A DNA stretch of 64,000 nucleotides from Candidatus Spongiisociaceae bacterium (GCA_965262915.1 OZ253564.1:256001-320000); one strand, 5' to 3'; shown: positions 1 through 11,344, counted from the stretch's first letter. Numbers and translations are program-made. The notes: generated from the letters alone by a model not told the origin.

Positions 1-906
1 CAGGCGATCATGAAACGCAGCGGCGTGCTGCTGACCAGGCAAATCGCCGACGAAGAGTCCTGGGATGAAGACGTACTGGAACGGCGGGCCGAGGAATTGG
101 CAGACCGGGCGCTAAGCCTCTGGCCATGGTCCGATCCTGATGCGCACCCGCACACACCACCAGGCAGCACATGGCGGATGCAATGGCGCACAGAGGGAGG
201 CGACTGGCATAAGGAAACTTATGCCAGTCAGATGGTGTTGAACGTCGCCGGAGCGCTACTCAGCCACGACTCTGACAACGCGGAACGTCTCCGTGGTGAG
301 ACACTCTCGCGGAACCTGCAGCTGGCCAGCCGATATCCACCGGGCAGCCAGGCCGGAACCATGACCATGCGAGCGGTGCCTGGCCACAAGTCCTACGTTC
401 TGTACCCCTACCGGCGTGACTTCTCCGCTAGCGCCGCCGCGTGTCGAGAGATGGGCGAGCGATGCGGGACTCTGGTCGAGGTGGAGTTCCAGGACACGCC
501 AATGATGAAGGCATTCTGGAGACGTCTCAAAGCAGAGACGGGAGGCCTACCCGGTCAGGATGACGAGTGGCGTAACTGGAGTCATTGGACAAGGGAGTTG
601 AACGCTCTGGGCGATATGGTCGGCGTCAGTCTGCGCCGCGAGTCGATTGGACTGTACCTGAGGGCTTCTCCGTACAAGAACCCGTCCGGCCGAGCCCAGC
701 GAATGCTCAAATACTCCCGAACCATCCGAGAGTCCATGTACGACCAGGAACTGGATGGGAATGAGATGTCCGAGAGCAAGAAGGGGAAGAGTGTGTCGGT
801 TCGCCGGGCATGGGACCGAGACGAACAAGAAGCCTGGCCCGAAGCCGCCCTATGGATCAAAGACCAAGCCGACCGCCTGCAAGCCATCGCACAAGCCTTC
901 CACTAG
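1..906 (+). CDS. C-terminal part (5' truncated by window) of a probable GmrSD-like DUF262/DUF1524 type IV restriction protein with extra C-terminal domain(s)
   Basis: Frame open from base 1; SGVLLTRQIADEESWDEDVLERRAEELADRALSLWPW resembles the DUF1524 tail; the final ~130 aa resemble DUF4268-type domains. Confidence 0.55.
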   Translation, partial: QAIMKRSGVLLTRQIADEESWDEDVLERRAEELADRALSLWPWSDPDAHPHTPPGSTWRMQWRTEGGDWHKETYASQMVLNVAGALLSHDSDNAERLRGETLSRNLQLASRYPPGSQAGTMTMRAVPGHKSYVLYPYRRDFSASAAACREMGERCGTLVEVEFQDTPMMKAFWRRLKAETGGLPGQDDEWRNWSHWTRELNALGDMVGVSLRRESIGLYLRASPYKNPSGRAQRMLKYSRTIRESMYDQELDGNEMSESKKGKSVSVRRAWDRDEQEAWPEAALWIKDQADRLQAIAQAFH

Positions 907-1155
907 GCCCTCGCCTCACACGGTAGGCCACGCCGCCTGACATCTGCCAACCAGGCCAGCCCTACCCACAATCGCGCACTTGCCTCCAGGGGGTGAGGGA
1001 TCTCAGTGATCGAGAGTGGGGAGTTTTGCTGATCGTCAACATATGTTTCTCGTGCGAACGCCCGACAGGTGCAGACGAACGGACGCAACATCAGACATCA
1101 TGGCTTGCCGGCGTTCTGTTGATCAACGACCGATGGTGAATCCGTGGTCGCGGGA

Positions 1156-2265
1156 CTAGAAGGGAACCTCCTCCGAATAGTCGCCCATGGTTGCTGCCGT
1201 GCTCGTTCCCACGACTGTTAGCTCACCGTCCACCCGCGCTTCTAGTGAACGCATTGTGTTTCGCGCTGCAACGATCAGATCCTCGTAGGTTAGAACTTCT
1301 ATCCGGCTCAGGTGACTGTTGTAGGTGCGGATAGCCTCGCGAAATTCGGCAGGTGTCACGTCCGATTGCCGGTTGTGCCCTGGATACCCAACAATGACGG
1401 ACGCAAAGGCCCTTCGACACTCAATATCGTGCTCACCGCCGATCAAATGACGTTGCTCGTCGACGGACCGAAGATAATTCGCCGCCTGACCAACAGCGGA
1501 GTTCACCTCCGGACCAACTATGCAGTGCTGCCGGTGTCGACGCACTGCTCCTGGCACATTGGCCTTCTTGAGTTCAATCACGTGAAGAACCCCATCAGCC
1601 CGGAGGAGTGGTATATCGAACTGATCAAGGAGGGTCAGGTGCCTCCGATCAACCCGGGATACGTAGTTACCTCCGAGGAGCCACCAATTGTCCTCAAGGA
1701 CCGCCTGCAGTTGGGGTTCAGTCGACGCAGGATCACGAACGAGACGCTCGAACTGTTCGGTGACCTCCCGCTGTCGGCGAAGGTTGAATGCCATGCCCAA
1801 TAACTCAACACCTTCGATTTCGTCGAGTGTCGAGACCAACTCGACCTGCTTCGTCAACTGCTCTGCCAGCGCAGCAATGATGTCGGGGCCAACGCGACCT
1901 TGACGTATCTGCTTGATGAGCACGCCTAGGGCACCATCGGCTGAGACCAGCGAGTACTCACCGACCCCCGAGAGCTCGGCAGTCAGAAACTTCCGTAGTG
2001 CATGAACCTCGGCGTCGCGACAGGACCACCGGCGCTCTTCCGTTTCCGTCCAGTCGTTCCCAGACCGATGCCAGTCCCGACCGTGGAATTCGACGTGGCT
2101 AATGGTTTCTCGCGTCCTTCCGAACCAGAGCAGGGAGGCGGTCCTCCAAGTCTTCGGACCCTCCTTCAAGTAGGCAGTCTCGATACGCTGTAGCCCTGGG
2201 ACGGAGAAGCTGTCCCGGACGCGCACGCGTAGACTTTCGGGTTCGTTCACGCCACTATCTGACAC
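1156..2265 (-). CDS. sduA: Shedu anti-phage nuclease (DUF4263)
   Basis: EPQLQAVLEDNWWLLG...FDI...VIELKK...AVGQAANY...IEVLTYEDL: PD-(D/E)xK with QxxxY, the DUF4263 pattern. Confidence 0.85.
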   Translation of the reverse strand: MSDSGVNEPESLRVRVRDSFSVPGLQRIETAYLKEGPKTWRTASLLWFGRTRETISHVEFHGRDWHRSGNDWTETEERRWSCRDAEVHALRKFLTAELSGVGEYSLVSADGALGVLIKQIRQGRVGPDIIAALAEQLTKQVELVSTLDEIEGVELLGMAFNLRRQREVTEQFERLVRDPASTEPQLQAVLEDNWWLLGGNYVSRVDRRHLTLLDQFDIPLLRADGVLHVIELKKANVPGAVRRHRQHCIVGPEVNSAVGQAANYLRSVDEQRHLIGGEHDIECRRAFASVIVGYPGHNRQSDVTPAEFREAIRTYNSHLSRIEVLTYEDLIVAARNTMRSLEARVDGELTVVGTSTAATMGDYSEEVPF

Positions 2266-2934
2266 GTCTGCCCTTCATAGCCAGCGATCATCGTCACATG
2301 TCTTCTCGACGCTGCCTTCGGTCTTCGCCCTGAGAACTGAACACGAGCGATATCGGAAACCCATGCCATAGTAGCCCCTGGGTTCAGCCTTCCTCGGCGA
2401 TATGCCACACCAGCAACGAATCGGAGGTTGCTACGAACGTGGGCCACGTTGACCGTCACCGCCTGCGAGGATCCTTGAAGTCCCCCCCTTGGTCTCGGCT
2501 TGGTCCTTCTTGGACGGCTGCGAAGTGCCAGGTCGTGGGTGGTGGAGATGTTCCCGTACGGGTGGTTGGTTGGCTCGTAGGGCTTGTTCGTTCGAGGCGA
2601 GCGGTTGCGGCCGTGCCGCTGGGGATGTCGGTCGGGGCGGTCTTGCGGGGAGGCGCTGGATCGGGTTTAGGGCAGTCCCCGGACCCGCATGGTTGGCCGG
2701 GTTTGCGTGGTGATGGGTGATCACCGGTGCTGGTGTGCTAACGGTTCGGGTTGTTGGTCGGACTCAGTTTCGGTCTGCCTAGGTCGCGTACCTGATCCCA
2801 TTCTGGATTGGAGCCTGTAGCGTGTGGAGTAGTGTCAGGCACGGGTTTGGGGTGGAACACCACGGGATCCGAGACCGAGAAGGGTTGGGCCGGGGGGCGA
2901 TTCTGGTCCGTGTGGGTAGCAGCGAGAGTGTGAG

Positions 2935-5900
2935 GTGGTTGTGCCGCTGGAGGGGTGGGCTGGCCCGGTTGGCGATCTGGGTCGTTATGTCTCGGAGGAG
3001 TCAGGCCGTTCGCTTGAGGGTTATAGCGTCCAGCCGAATTGGGTTGATGAGCATGCCAACGAGGAGCAGGATACGGCGCGGGGTGGTTACCAGAGTCGGC
3101 AACTGTTTGAGTTGGTTCAGAACAGCGCTGATGCGCTTTGGGCGGACGCGGGGGCTGGAGTTCGTGACCCTGCGTCGTTGGGGGTTTCTGGGCGTATCGG
3201 GGTGCGTCTGACAGCACAGTATTTGTATTGCGCTGATAACGGTGACCCGATCGACGCCGATGGTGTGAAGGCTCTGATGTTCTCTCGGCTGTCGCCGAAG
3301 CGGGGAACGGACCAGATCGGTACGTTCGGTGTCGGGTTCAAGGCTGTTCTTGGTGTTAGTGACTCACCGGAGTTCTTCAGCCGATCGGGCTCGTTCCGCT
3401 TTGATCGTGCCAGTTCGCAGGAGCGGATCAGAACGGTTGTCCCTGGTGCTACACGCTGTCCGGTGCTGCGGCTGCCGGAGCCGATCGATCCTGGCGACTA
3501 TTGGGAACAGGACGGTGTGCTGTCTGATCTGATGGGGTGGGCGGTGAACATTGTGCGGTTACCGCTCCGGTGTGGAGCCCGGGAGGATCTCCGCAGGCAG
3601 ATGGAGAAGTTCCCCGCGGAGTTCCTTCTGTTCGTGGCGCATGTCGGGTCGCTGACACTGACCGACGATTCCGGCTCGGTTGACCGTGTCCTGGAGTTGG
3701 AGAGCGTTGGCGATAGCTATCTGCTCGCCGAGGGTGATACGTCCAGCGAGTGGAGACTTTTCGAACGTGCCCACCGGCTGGGCAAAGACGCCTTTGCTGA
3801 CCGGCGTCCCGGCGACGAACGGGAGTCGGTTCCCCTCTGGTGGGCTGCACCGGTGGACCGGCTTCACCGGCGTGGTAGGTTCTGGGCGTTCTTTCCGACC
3901 CACACCGATAGCCTTGTCCCGGGAATCCTCAACGCTCCTTGGAAAACCAACGAGGACCGTCAGAATCTTCTCCCGGGTCCTTACAACGACGAGTTGATCG
4001 CCGCGTCCGCAGAGCTGATAGCTGACAAGTTGCTCCTGATAAGAACTGTGGAGGATCCCGCACGTCACTTGGACGTGCTGCCACGCGGTGAGGAGTGGCG
4101 TGACTCCCGTCACGAGAAGATGCTTCGAAAGCGAATACATGCGGTTCTGCACGGGCGACGGGTGGTCCCAGATCAGAGCGGCACACTCCGCCGCGTTGGG
4201 GATATTTCCTACCCGCCAGAGGTGCTGACTCCACGTGATGGGCTCGTTGCGGAGCCGCTCGAGCGGTGGGCGGCCTATGAGGGACGACCGAACGGCTGGC
4301 TGCATCACAAAGCGCTAAGCCGGACTAGGCGAGCGGCTGTCGACCGCCTGTTCCGTGCCCCTCACCAACCGGCTTCGAGGGTCTCACGGGCGCCAAGAGC
4401 GTCGCTCGCCACCTGGCTCGAAGCCCTCGTCAGCGAGGCTGGACGGGGAGACGCAGTCGCCGCGTCGATGGCGGCGATCCACACCGCGGCGTGCATCCCG
4501 GACACCATTCGAATACGCGCCGATCTCGGTAGGATTGTGTTGACAGAGTCCGGTCGCTGGCGCACACCAGATCCGCTATCGGTGTTCCTCCCGCTTGAGT
4601 CTTCGGGTGTCGTCGAGGCCGCCGATCCGGACTCGACGGTCAACTCGGAGTTGATAGCAGACCGGGAGACCCTTAGGGCGTTGCAGGCGCTGGGCCTCAG
4701 GCCACCTTCGCCCAAAGCGCGGTTCCGGGCTATCGCAAAGCGTGCACTCCGCAGCTTGTCTCGAAATGCCGACCTCCACACCGAGTTCTGGAAGGCATCC
4801 CGCGCTGTCGATCCGATCGACGCCGCAAAGGCGATCCGGGAACACTATTGGTGGCGCGACGCCGTGCGTGTCCGGACCCGAGCTGGCGGATGGCAGCAGC
4901 TTCGGGCCGTTCTGATGCCCGGTGGCATTGTTCCTGGCGACGGAACCCGCGACAACGAAGTGACCGTCGATTGCGAGTTCCATGACCTCGACAGGGAGCT
5001 ACTCAGCGCCGTCGGGGTGACCAGTACGCCCGTCGAAGGATACGACAAGGGACTGGAGAGGTCCCCGTTCAAGCAGTACGAGAAGCTGAGCGAGAAGAAG
5101 TACAGGCGCCGTACCGATCTGCCAGCTTGCCCGAGACGCGGCTACTTGGAGTTCACAAGCTACAACAACATCGGGCCATTGATGATCCTTCGGGACCTGT
5201 CTGAGGAGGGTGCTGCCGCCTATACAGATGCTTTGCTGAGTTTGGATGCCTGCTATCAGCCGTGGGTGATGTGGCATACAGGCACCAACCGCTGGCACTA
5301 CCCGGAATCTGCGTGCGAGTCACTCCCGATCTGGTACCTCCGCAGCTTCGGACAGATCCAGACACCCACGGGAATTGTGGCGTTGAGCGACGCGTTCGGA
5401 CCGCACCCCGCGAGCCCCGCAGCTCTAAACGCCTTGTTGCAGCATCGGAACGCCGACAAGATCAAGGCGGCTTTCGATCTGTCCGATCCAGCACCCGAGC
5501 TGTTCGGCGAAGGGCACCCGACCCTGCTGGTCGATGTCTGGCCCGGGCTACGCGAGTACCTGTCCCCGCATCGTAGGAACGCTCAACTGGTTCCATGCGA
5601 GCGAATCCTCGTCGGCGGGGACGATCGACCCTGTGCCTTCCATACGCCCGACATTTACCTCGTTGGAAACGTCGATGACGACGAACGCGGCGCTCTCGAA
5701 CTCGTTACCCAAGAACTGGATCTCAGGCTGGGATACGTTGAGATCGAGGCGATCCTGAACCGTCGTACTCCAGCCGAAGTCGAAGAGAGACGCACCGCGG
5801 TTAGGCAGCACCCAACCCATGCCGGGCGCCTAGTTGCGGCGGTGGGCGAACAGGCCCTTCGTTCCGGTCTGCCTCGATCACTTCTGGACGTTCTGGAAGA

Positions 5901-7407
5901 AGACCAGGCGACGCTCTCGCCGGTTGAGGTAGCAGAAGCCGCGATCGCGACCTACCACACCGACGCCCTGAGACACTTCAAGTGGGCTCTGGATCATCTA
6001 GGACCACCAGCACAATGGGCTGGATCCCCAAAAACTGTGGACTTCGTCCAATCGCTCGGGTTCCCCGACGAATGGGCAGGACAGCGCAAGAGACGACGCT
6101 CCGCGTTCCTAGACGTCGAGGGTCCCCGGTCACTTCCCGAGTTGCATGACTACCAAACCAGCGTGGCCAACAATATTCGTGTCATGCTCCGCTCGGCCAG
6201 TTCCGGAGGTATCGAGCGACGCGGGATGGTCAGCCTACCGACCGGGTCGGGCAAGACCAGGGTTGCGGTACAGGCCATCGTCGAGGCCATGCGATGCGAC
6301 GGGTTCCGCGGTGGTGTTCTCTGGGTCGCTGATCGTGATGAACTGTGCGAGCAAGCGGTTGAAGCGTGGGCGCATGTGTGGAGGAGTGAAGGAATCGACG
6401 GTGGCCAGCTTAGAATAACCCGGCTGTGGAGTGGACAGCCCAGGCCGTCGCCGACCACTGATGGCCACGTCATTGTTGCCACGATCCAAACGCTCAACTC
6501 CCGGCTCTCGAACCGGCCAGCAGAATACCGATTCCTAAAGGACTTCAAACTCGTGGTCTTCGACGAAGCACACCGATCGATCGCACCCACCTCCACATCG
6601 GTCATGGGAGAGATCGGACTGACCCACCGACGAAAAGAGGACGAACCCTTCCTCATCGGCCTAACGGCGACACCGTACCGCGGATACGACGAGGCCGAGA
6701 CCGCCAGACTCGCCAGCCGCTACAGCACCACCAGGCTCGACTCCGGCGCCTTCACCTATGACGATCCGCAGAAAGTCATCCACCAACTGCAGGACAGAGA
6801 AGTGCTCGCCAAAGTCGACCAAGAGGTAATCGAAGGCGACACGATTCGACTCAGCCCCGACGAGTGGGAACAGATCTTACGATTCGTTCCAGGCACACAC
6901 CGCCGGGAACTCCTGACGGCCTTTCTACCTCAAAGCGTGGAGAACCGCATCGCGCACAACACCCAACGCACCCGCCGCATCCTCGACGCGTACAAGAACC
7001 ACATCGGCGAGGACTGGCCAACGCTCATATTCGCCACCTCCGTCGAACACGCGCACACACTCGCAGCACTCCTCAACCGTGAGAGAATCACCGCCCGAGC
7101 AGTAAGCGCAACCACCGAACCCGCAACCCGGCGCAGGGTGGTCGGAGCATTCAGAAACGGCGAGATCAAAGCCCTCGTCAACTACGCCGTCTTCCAAGAA
7201 GGATTCGACGCGCCCGAGACCCGTGCCATCATCGTCGCCCGTCCCGTCTACAGCCCGAACCTCTACTTCCAAATGATCGGACGCGGCCTCCGCGGTCCAA
7301 AGAACCGAGGCAAAGACCGATGCCTCATCCTCAACGTTCAAGACAACATCGAAGACTTCGGTCACGCCCTCGCCTTCTCAGACCTTGACTGGCTATGGGA
7401 CCGGTGA
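2935..7407 (+). CDS. Sacsin/NOV-like GHKL ATPase fused to a C-terminal SF2 (ResIII-like DEAH) helicase, 1490 aa
   Basis: ELVQNSADA, DNG, IGTFGVGFKAV (GHKL); LPTGSGKT, DEAH, LTATP, QMIGRGLRG (SF2). Confidence 0.85.
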   Translation: MVVPLEGWAGPVGDLGRYVSEESGRSLEGYSVQPNWVDEHANEEQDTARGGYQSRQLFELVQNSADALWADAGAGVRDPASLGVSGRIGVRLTAQYLYCADNGDPIDADGVKALMFSRLSPKRGTDQIGTFGVGFKAVLGVSDSPEFFSRSGSFRFDRASSQERIRTVVPGATRCPVLRLPEPIDPGDYWEQDGVLSDLMGWAVNIVRLPLRCGAREDLRRQMEKFPAEFLLFVAHVGSLTLTDDSGSVDRVLELESVGDSYLLAEGDTSSEWRLFERAHRLGKDAFADRRPGDERESVPLWWAAPVDRLHRRGRFWAFFPTHTDSLVPGILNAPWKTNEDRQNLLPGPYNDELIAASAELIADKLLLIRTVEDPARHLDVLPRGEEWRDSRHEKMLRKRIHAVLHGRRVVPDQSGTLRRVGDISYPPEVLTPRDGLVAEPLERWAAYEGRPNGWLHHKALSRTRRAAVDRLFRAPHQPASRVSRAPRASLATWLEALVSEAGRGDAVAASMAAIHTAACIPDTIRIRADLGRIVLTESGRWRTPDPLSVFLPLESSGVVEAADPDSTVNSELIADRETLRALQALGLRPPSPKARFRAIAKRALRSLSRNADLHTEFWKASRAVDPIDAAKAIREHYWWRDAVRVRTRAGGWQQLRAVLMPGGIVPGDGTRDNEVTVDCEFHDLDRELLSAVGVTSTPVEGYDKGLERSPFKQYEKLSEKKYRRRTDLPACPRRGYLEFTSYNNIGPLMILRDLSEEGAAAYTDALLSLDACYQPWVMWHTGTNRWHYPESACESLPIWYLRSFGQIQTPTGIVALSDAFGPHPASPAALNALLQHRNADKIKAAFDLSDPAPELFGEGHPTLLVDVWPGLREYLSPHRRNAQLVPCERILVGGDDRPCAFHTPDIYLVGNVDDDERGALELVTQELDLRLGYVEIEAILNRRTPAEVEERRTAVRQHPTHAGRLVAAVGEQALRSGLPRSLLDVLEEDQATLSPVEVAEAAIATYHTDALRHFKWALDHLGPPAQWAGSPKTVDFVQSLGFPDEWAGQRKRRRSAFLDVEGPRSLPELHDYQTSVANNIRVMLRSASSGGIERRGMVSLPTGSGKTRVAVQAIVEAMRCDGFRGGVLWVADRDELCEQAVEAWAHVWRSEGIDGGQLRITRLWSGQPRPSPTTDGHVIVATIQTLNSRLSNRPAEYRFLKDFKLVVFDEAHRSIAPTSTSVMGEIGLTHRRKEDEPFLIGLTATPYRGYDEAETARLASRYSTTRLDSGAFTYDDPQKVIHQLQDREVLAKVDQEVIEGDTIRLSPDEWEQILRFVPGTHRRELLTAFLPQSVENRIAHNTQRTRRILDAYKNHIGEDWPTLIFATSVEHAHTLAALLNRERITARAVSATTEPATRRRVVGAFRNGEIKALVNYAVFQEGFDAPETRAIIVARPVYSPNLYFQMIGRGLRGPKNRGKDRCLILNVQDNIEDFGHALAFSDLDWLWDR

Positions 7408-8799
7408 ACACCGATCAGCGACCAATCTGAGCCGGTCCCTTTTCAGATACCCGCCCCCACCCCACGATTCCGCGAAGCCTCATGAATATGCGACGGCAGC
7501 ACAACCCGGCCCGAAGCCCGAACCAGGGACGATCGTCGACATCATCCGGAACCGACACGAAACGGTTAACCGGCAGTGGGACAACCCGGAGACAGCCATA
7601 GCAAACCCGTAGGCTACCCAGCGCACAACAAGCGCCAACCGACCACCGGTAGGCCTCGACCGACCGTCCGCCAACCAGGAATCGATGCTCCGAACAGCGA
7701 ACTTCCTCGAACCTACTATGATCGGCCCGTGGACCGGTGCCCGAAAGTCGGGACAGCCCTCGGTCACCAGCTTCTACTCAGACCCGCGATTTCCCCGCCC
7801 AATGCGCGCTGCCGAAACGCCTATCGAGGCCACGACCACCCCTGGGCACAGGGGGACTGGGACCCCGTATCCCAGCGACCAATGCGGAAGTCCGGGAACA
7901 GTCAGCGTAGCCACCAGTCCCCCGATCGGGACGCGGACCGATCCTGGACCGCTACGACACCGACTCGGCGGAAAACAGCGACTGTCGTAGCAGGCTACGG
8001 CCCAGCGGCTCCAGTGGATGGGCGGACGCCGTAGTCTGGGGCGGGCCAGACGGTTGTGCGGGCCAAGGAGATACCTCTGTATCACGGGGGTGGGATACTA
8101 CGGTACCTGGAGGGGGATACCGGGGTTCCGCATTTCTAATGCAAACGTGCCTCCGTTTTAAACCCAGGTTGACACCCCCCTTCTCACCCCCGCCAGCACC
8201 CATCCCCAACATACCCACATACCCCCCGAACAGATACACCGGTACACCCCCCGCACGCACCGCCCACCCCGGCACCAAACCCCCGAACCGCCCCACCCAG
8301 CCCAAACACCCGACAACCCGAACCGCCGAACCAAACCCCACCCACCACCACCTCTCGCCGAACACACCGTCACCGTCAGCAAACCCCCAGGTCAGCCCGC
8401 GAATACCAGCCCCGGCACACAGCCCACCCAGCCCAAACACCCGTCCTCCCGAGGCAAGAACCCGCCCCCTCCGGGTCTGGGCAAACCGGGCCCGCCATAC
8501 CCGACCCGGTCTCTGAACACGCCCACACCCCCCCACCCACATCCCCGAAGCCCCCGGTTGCCCGCTACGCGGCGAGGGGGAACCCGGCTCTGGTGGCTTC
8601 CCGCCCAGGGGTACCCGGGTAACCTCAGGGTCGGGAAGGGAGGTGATACGCCCCGTCGGCCTGGCCGGCGGCTGGTACCGCGGCCGCGAAACCCCAGGTC
8701 AGAGACACACGCACGGTTACTCGCACGGTTTGGGGGTGTAAACGCACGGTTTGGCCGGCGCCATCACGTGGGGTACCGCTGTCACCCTCGAGGGCGGTA

Positions 8800-9464
8800 C
8801 CCCAGAACAACGCGTCTTGTCGATGCCCACAGCTTGGACCTCGCCTATCCGGTCGGTGTCGGCTTCCAACAGGGCTTCGCCCCAGCGGCCGACCTCGTTG
8901 TTCACCGTATGCCACCCACAACCAAGTTCTTCGGCGACCTCGTCGACCGGGCGACCCCGCCGACCGGGCGACCCCGCCGACCGACCCCGATGGTCACCCA
9001 CCTCGCCGCTCGGGATGTCAACAACGCCCGTTGGGGACCAATCGTGGGGTCTTGCTCGATGAACGATCTGACCCCACAGTCGGGATTCGGACATGTCCAA
9101 CGGCGTTTCCGCCATCGCAGCCGCACAGACCGGCCGAACGCCGGTAAATCCGCCAACACCACCGTCCGATAGCCCTTGGATCACACCGGGCCACCACAGG
9201 CCTCACAGGACGGCCGGGGCTTGCGGGAACGGATCACCACCTCCAAAGGTGCACCCTCTCGCCCGAGTCGTTGATCCCCACCAGGTCAACGTCGCCTAGG
9301 CCTACCAGCAGCTCGCACATGCGCGCAGGGATCAGCTTCCACAGGGGTCCTCCTGCCTCGGATGTCGCTTATCAACAGCCGATTATGGAGGACCCCTCCT
9401 CATTTCTGGTGGATTCCGATCCCCCCTGGCAGATCCCCTACTCCCCACCCATTCGCGAAGAGCC
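8800..9464 (-). pseudogene. Truncated, frameshifted ISL3 (left end and 5' transposase)
   Basis: Homologous to 17072-17580; left IR GGCTCTTCGCGAATGG ends at 9464; internal 17-bp tandem duplication near 8945-8982. Confidence 0.85.
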
Positions 9465-9670
9465 CGTTTGGTGGGCCAGATGCAGTCGCTGGGGTTCGAT
9501 CTTCGGCAGGAGGCGATTCTCGAGACTCTGACCCAGGATGTTCACAAGTCCAGCGACATCGAGGGGGAACGGCTCGACCTGGAACAGGTCCGTTCCTCTG
9601 TCGGGCGCCACCTCGGTATGGACATCGGTGGTCTTCGCTATGCTGAGGACAAGGTTGAGGGCGTGGTGGG
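9465..9670 (+). pseudogene. Fic-family (DUF4172) gene fragment
   Basis: RLVGQMQSLGFDLRQEAILETLTQDVHKSSDIEGERLDLEQVRSSVGRHLG is typical of the DUF4172-Fic N-terminus; cut by ISL3 and IS3 remnants. Confidence 0.7.
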
Positions 9671-9682
9671 CGATCCGTCATG

Positions 9683-9812
9683 TGTGGTTGACCGATCTCA
9701 TCCACCAAGTCGACCAACGGTCACGCGGCACGTATGGGGCGCTGCGGATCCACGCGGAGTTGAGGTTGGGCTATGGGGGATCACGGTTGGGCACAACGCG
9801 GCGGCGATGCTG
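9683..9812 (+). pseudogene. IS3-family OrfB fragment
   Basis: WLTDLIHQVDQRSRGTYGALRIHAELRLG, HTH_21-like YG-x-R motif. Confidence 0.6.
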
Positions 9813-10160
9813 ACGAGAAGGGCCGGGCCCCCAAGAGCTGGGCGCCATCCACTATGAGTGAATCTTTGATAACCGTCAACACTGTCATCGGGCCAGCACT
9901 GTCGGACGCTAAGGTAGACACCGACGGAGGAAGGCCTACGAGAGCGTCACCACCATGAAGCGGCGGACCACGGTGTCACAGCGTTACGTGAGGTGTCAGG
10001 CATTGCACGAGGGGTTCGGGATAATTGGTCAAGCACTGAAGCCGAGCTGCAGCGAGTGCAAAGTCCGTGACCGTAAGACGGTGCATCGGCTAACCGCCGC
10101 CGTACCCAGTCCGATGGATGAACGACTCCAGTACGGTAATCTAACCTTCGGCGTCAGAGG

Positions 10161-11042
10161 GTGCGCGGTGTGACCTCGTCAAGTGTGGATCTGCCCCGTT
10201 CAAACAGGTCTAACTCTCCGTTCCGGTATCCAGGCGGTAAGTTCTATGCACGCCGTCTTATTCTGAGGGAGATACCACCTCATCGTGACTATTGTGAACC
10301 ATTCGCAGGCGGTGCTAGCGTATTCTTTGCAAAACCGACGTCTGGTGGAACGTCTATTCTCAACGACCGTGATACCGACGTGATTAATACCCTAGTACAC
10401 ATTCGCGACGATGTAGAAGGACTGATCAAACTTCTCGATGGGGTAGAAGCTACCAAAGCTAACCATACGTACTACAAGAATCATTATACACCGGGTACCG
10501 ACCTAGAGAGGGCCTTCCGATGGTACTACTTGAACCGGACATCCTATAGTGGGATCATGCGACCCGAGAATTGCTACTGGGGCTTTGGGAATAAGTATTC
10601 GATGCGGCCTGAGAACTGGCCCCCACATTTACGTACTGTGTCAGATAAACTGCAGAATGTCATCCTGACTTGTTGTGATTTTGAAGAGGTCATCAACGCA
10701 CTACCCGATGGATGCTTCGTTTTCGTTGATCCTCCCTACTATTCAGCCGACCAGCAGAAGTTCTACAATGTAGTCTTTGAGCATAACGACCACGCGCGAC
10801 TAGCAGAATGCTTGAAGCGTAATTCGGATCGACTTCTGTTCCTCCTCACCTATGACAACGATCCGGATATCCGGGGTATGTACAGATGGGCTGATTCGAT
10901 CAAAGGTCGGCAATGGAATTACACCATCAATCGTACAGATGACCAACGCAATGGATTGAAAAGACGGGATGGATTCCGTAGAGGCAGAGAAAAAGGTAGC
11001 GAACTGTTTATTAGTAATTACGATGTGCACCCCTTACTCTGA
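10161..11042 (+). CDS. D12-class N6-adenine DNA methyltransferase (Dam-like)
   Basis: SPFRYPGGK, EPFAGGASV, FVDPPYY; visibly lower GC than neighbours. Confidence 0.92.
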   Translation: MRGVTSSSVDLPRSNRSNSPFRYPGGKFYARRLILREIPPHRDYCEPFAGGASVFFAKPTSGGTSILNDRDTDVINTLVHIRDDVEGLIKLLDGVEATKANHTYYKNHYTPGTDLERAFRWYYLNRTSYSGIMRPENCYWGFGNKYSMRPENWPPHLRTVSDKLQNVILTCCDFEEVINALPDGCFVFVDPPYYSADQQKFYNVVFEHNDHARLAECLKRNSDRLLFLLTYDNDPDIRGMYRWADSIKGRQWNYTINRTDDQRNGLKRRDGFRRGREKGSELFISNYDVHPLL

Positions 11043-11159
11043 TGCATTATCATTGAACAATGATAATGCCGACTATTTAGAGCCACTGTATCCCACCGGA
11101 CCAATTACTAGACTCCCATCTCTTGATCTGACATGATCTACTCTGGGTACCAGCCCGAC

Positions 11160-11260
11160 AAGCCTCCAACGGCAGAATCGAAGCCGCCAACAACCTGCTG
11201 CGAGTGCTACGACGAACTGCTCATGGGTTCACCAACCCCACCGGCTTCGCCGCCGGGAAG
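11160..11260 (+). pseudogene. ISL3 transposase C-terminal remnant
   Basis: Translates ASNGRIEAANNLLRVLRRTAHGFTNP, matching the ISL3 C-terminal TNGPTEALNN...GFRN motif. Confidence 0.7.
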
Positions 11261-11344
11261 CATGCTCTCGGCATGATGATCCCGCCCGGTGCCAGCAACC
11301 CTCAATTCCACGCCTACGCGAAGGGCCAAGTAGATTCGGCATCG

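Noticed and set aside
7952-8542. Pro-rich and Gly/Val-rich ORFs
   Set aside because: Artefacts of the C/A-skewed low-complexity tract.
11204-11344. N-terminus of the 230-aa ORF
   Set aside because: Its first part derives from an ISL3 transposase remnant; the real start is probably 11345.
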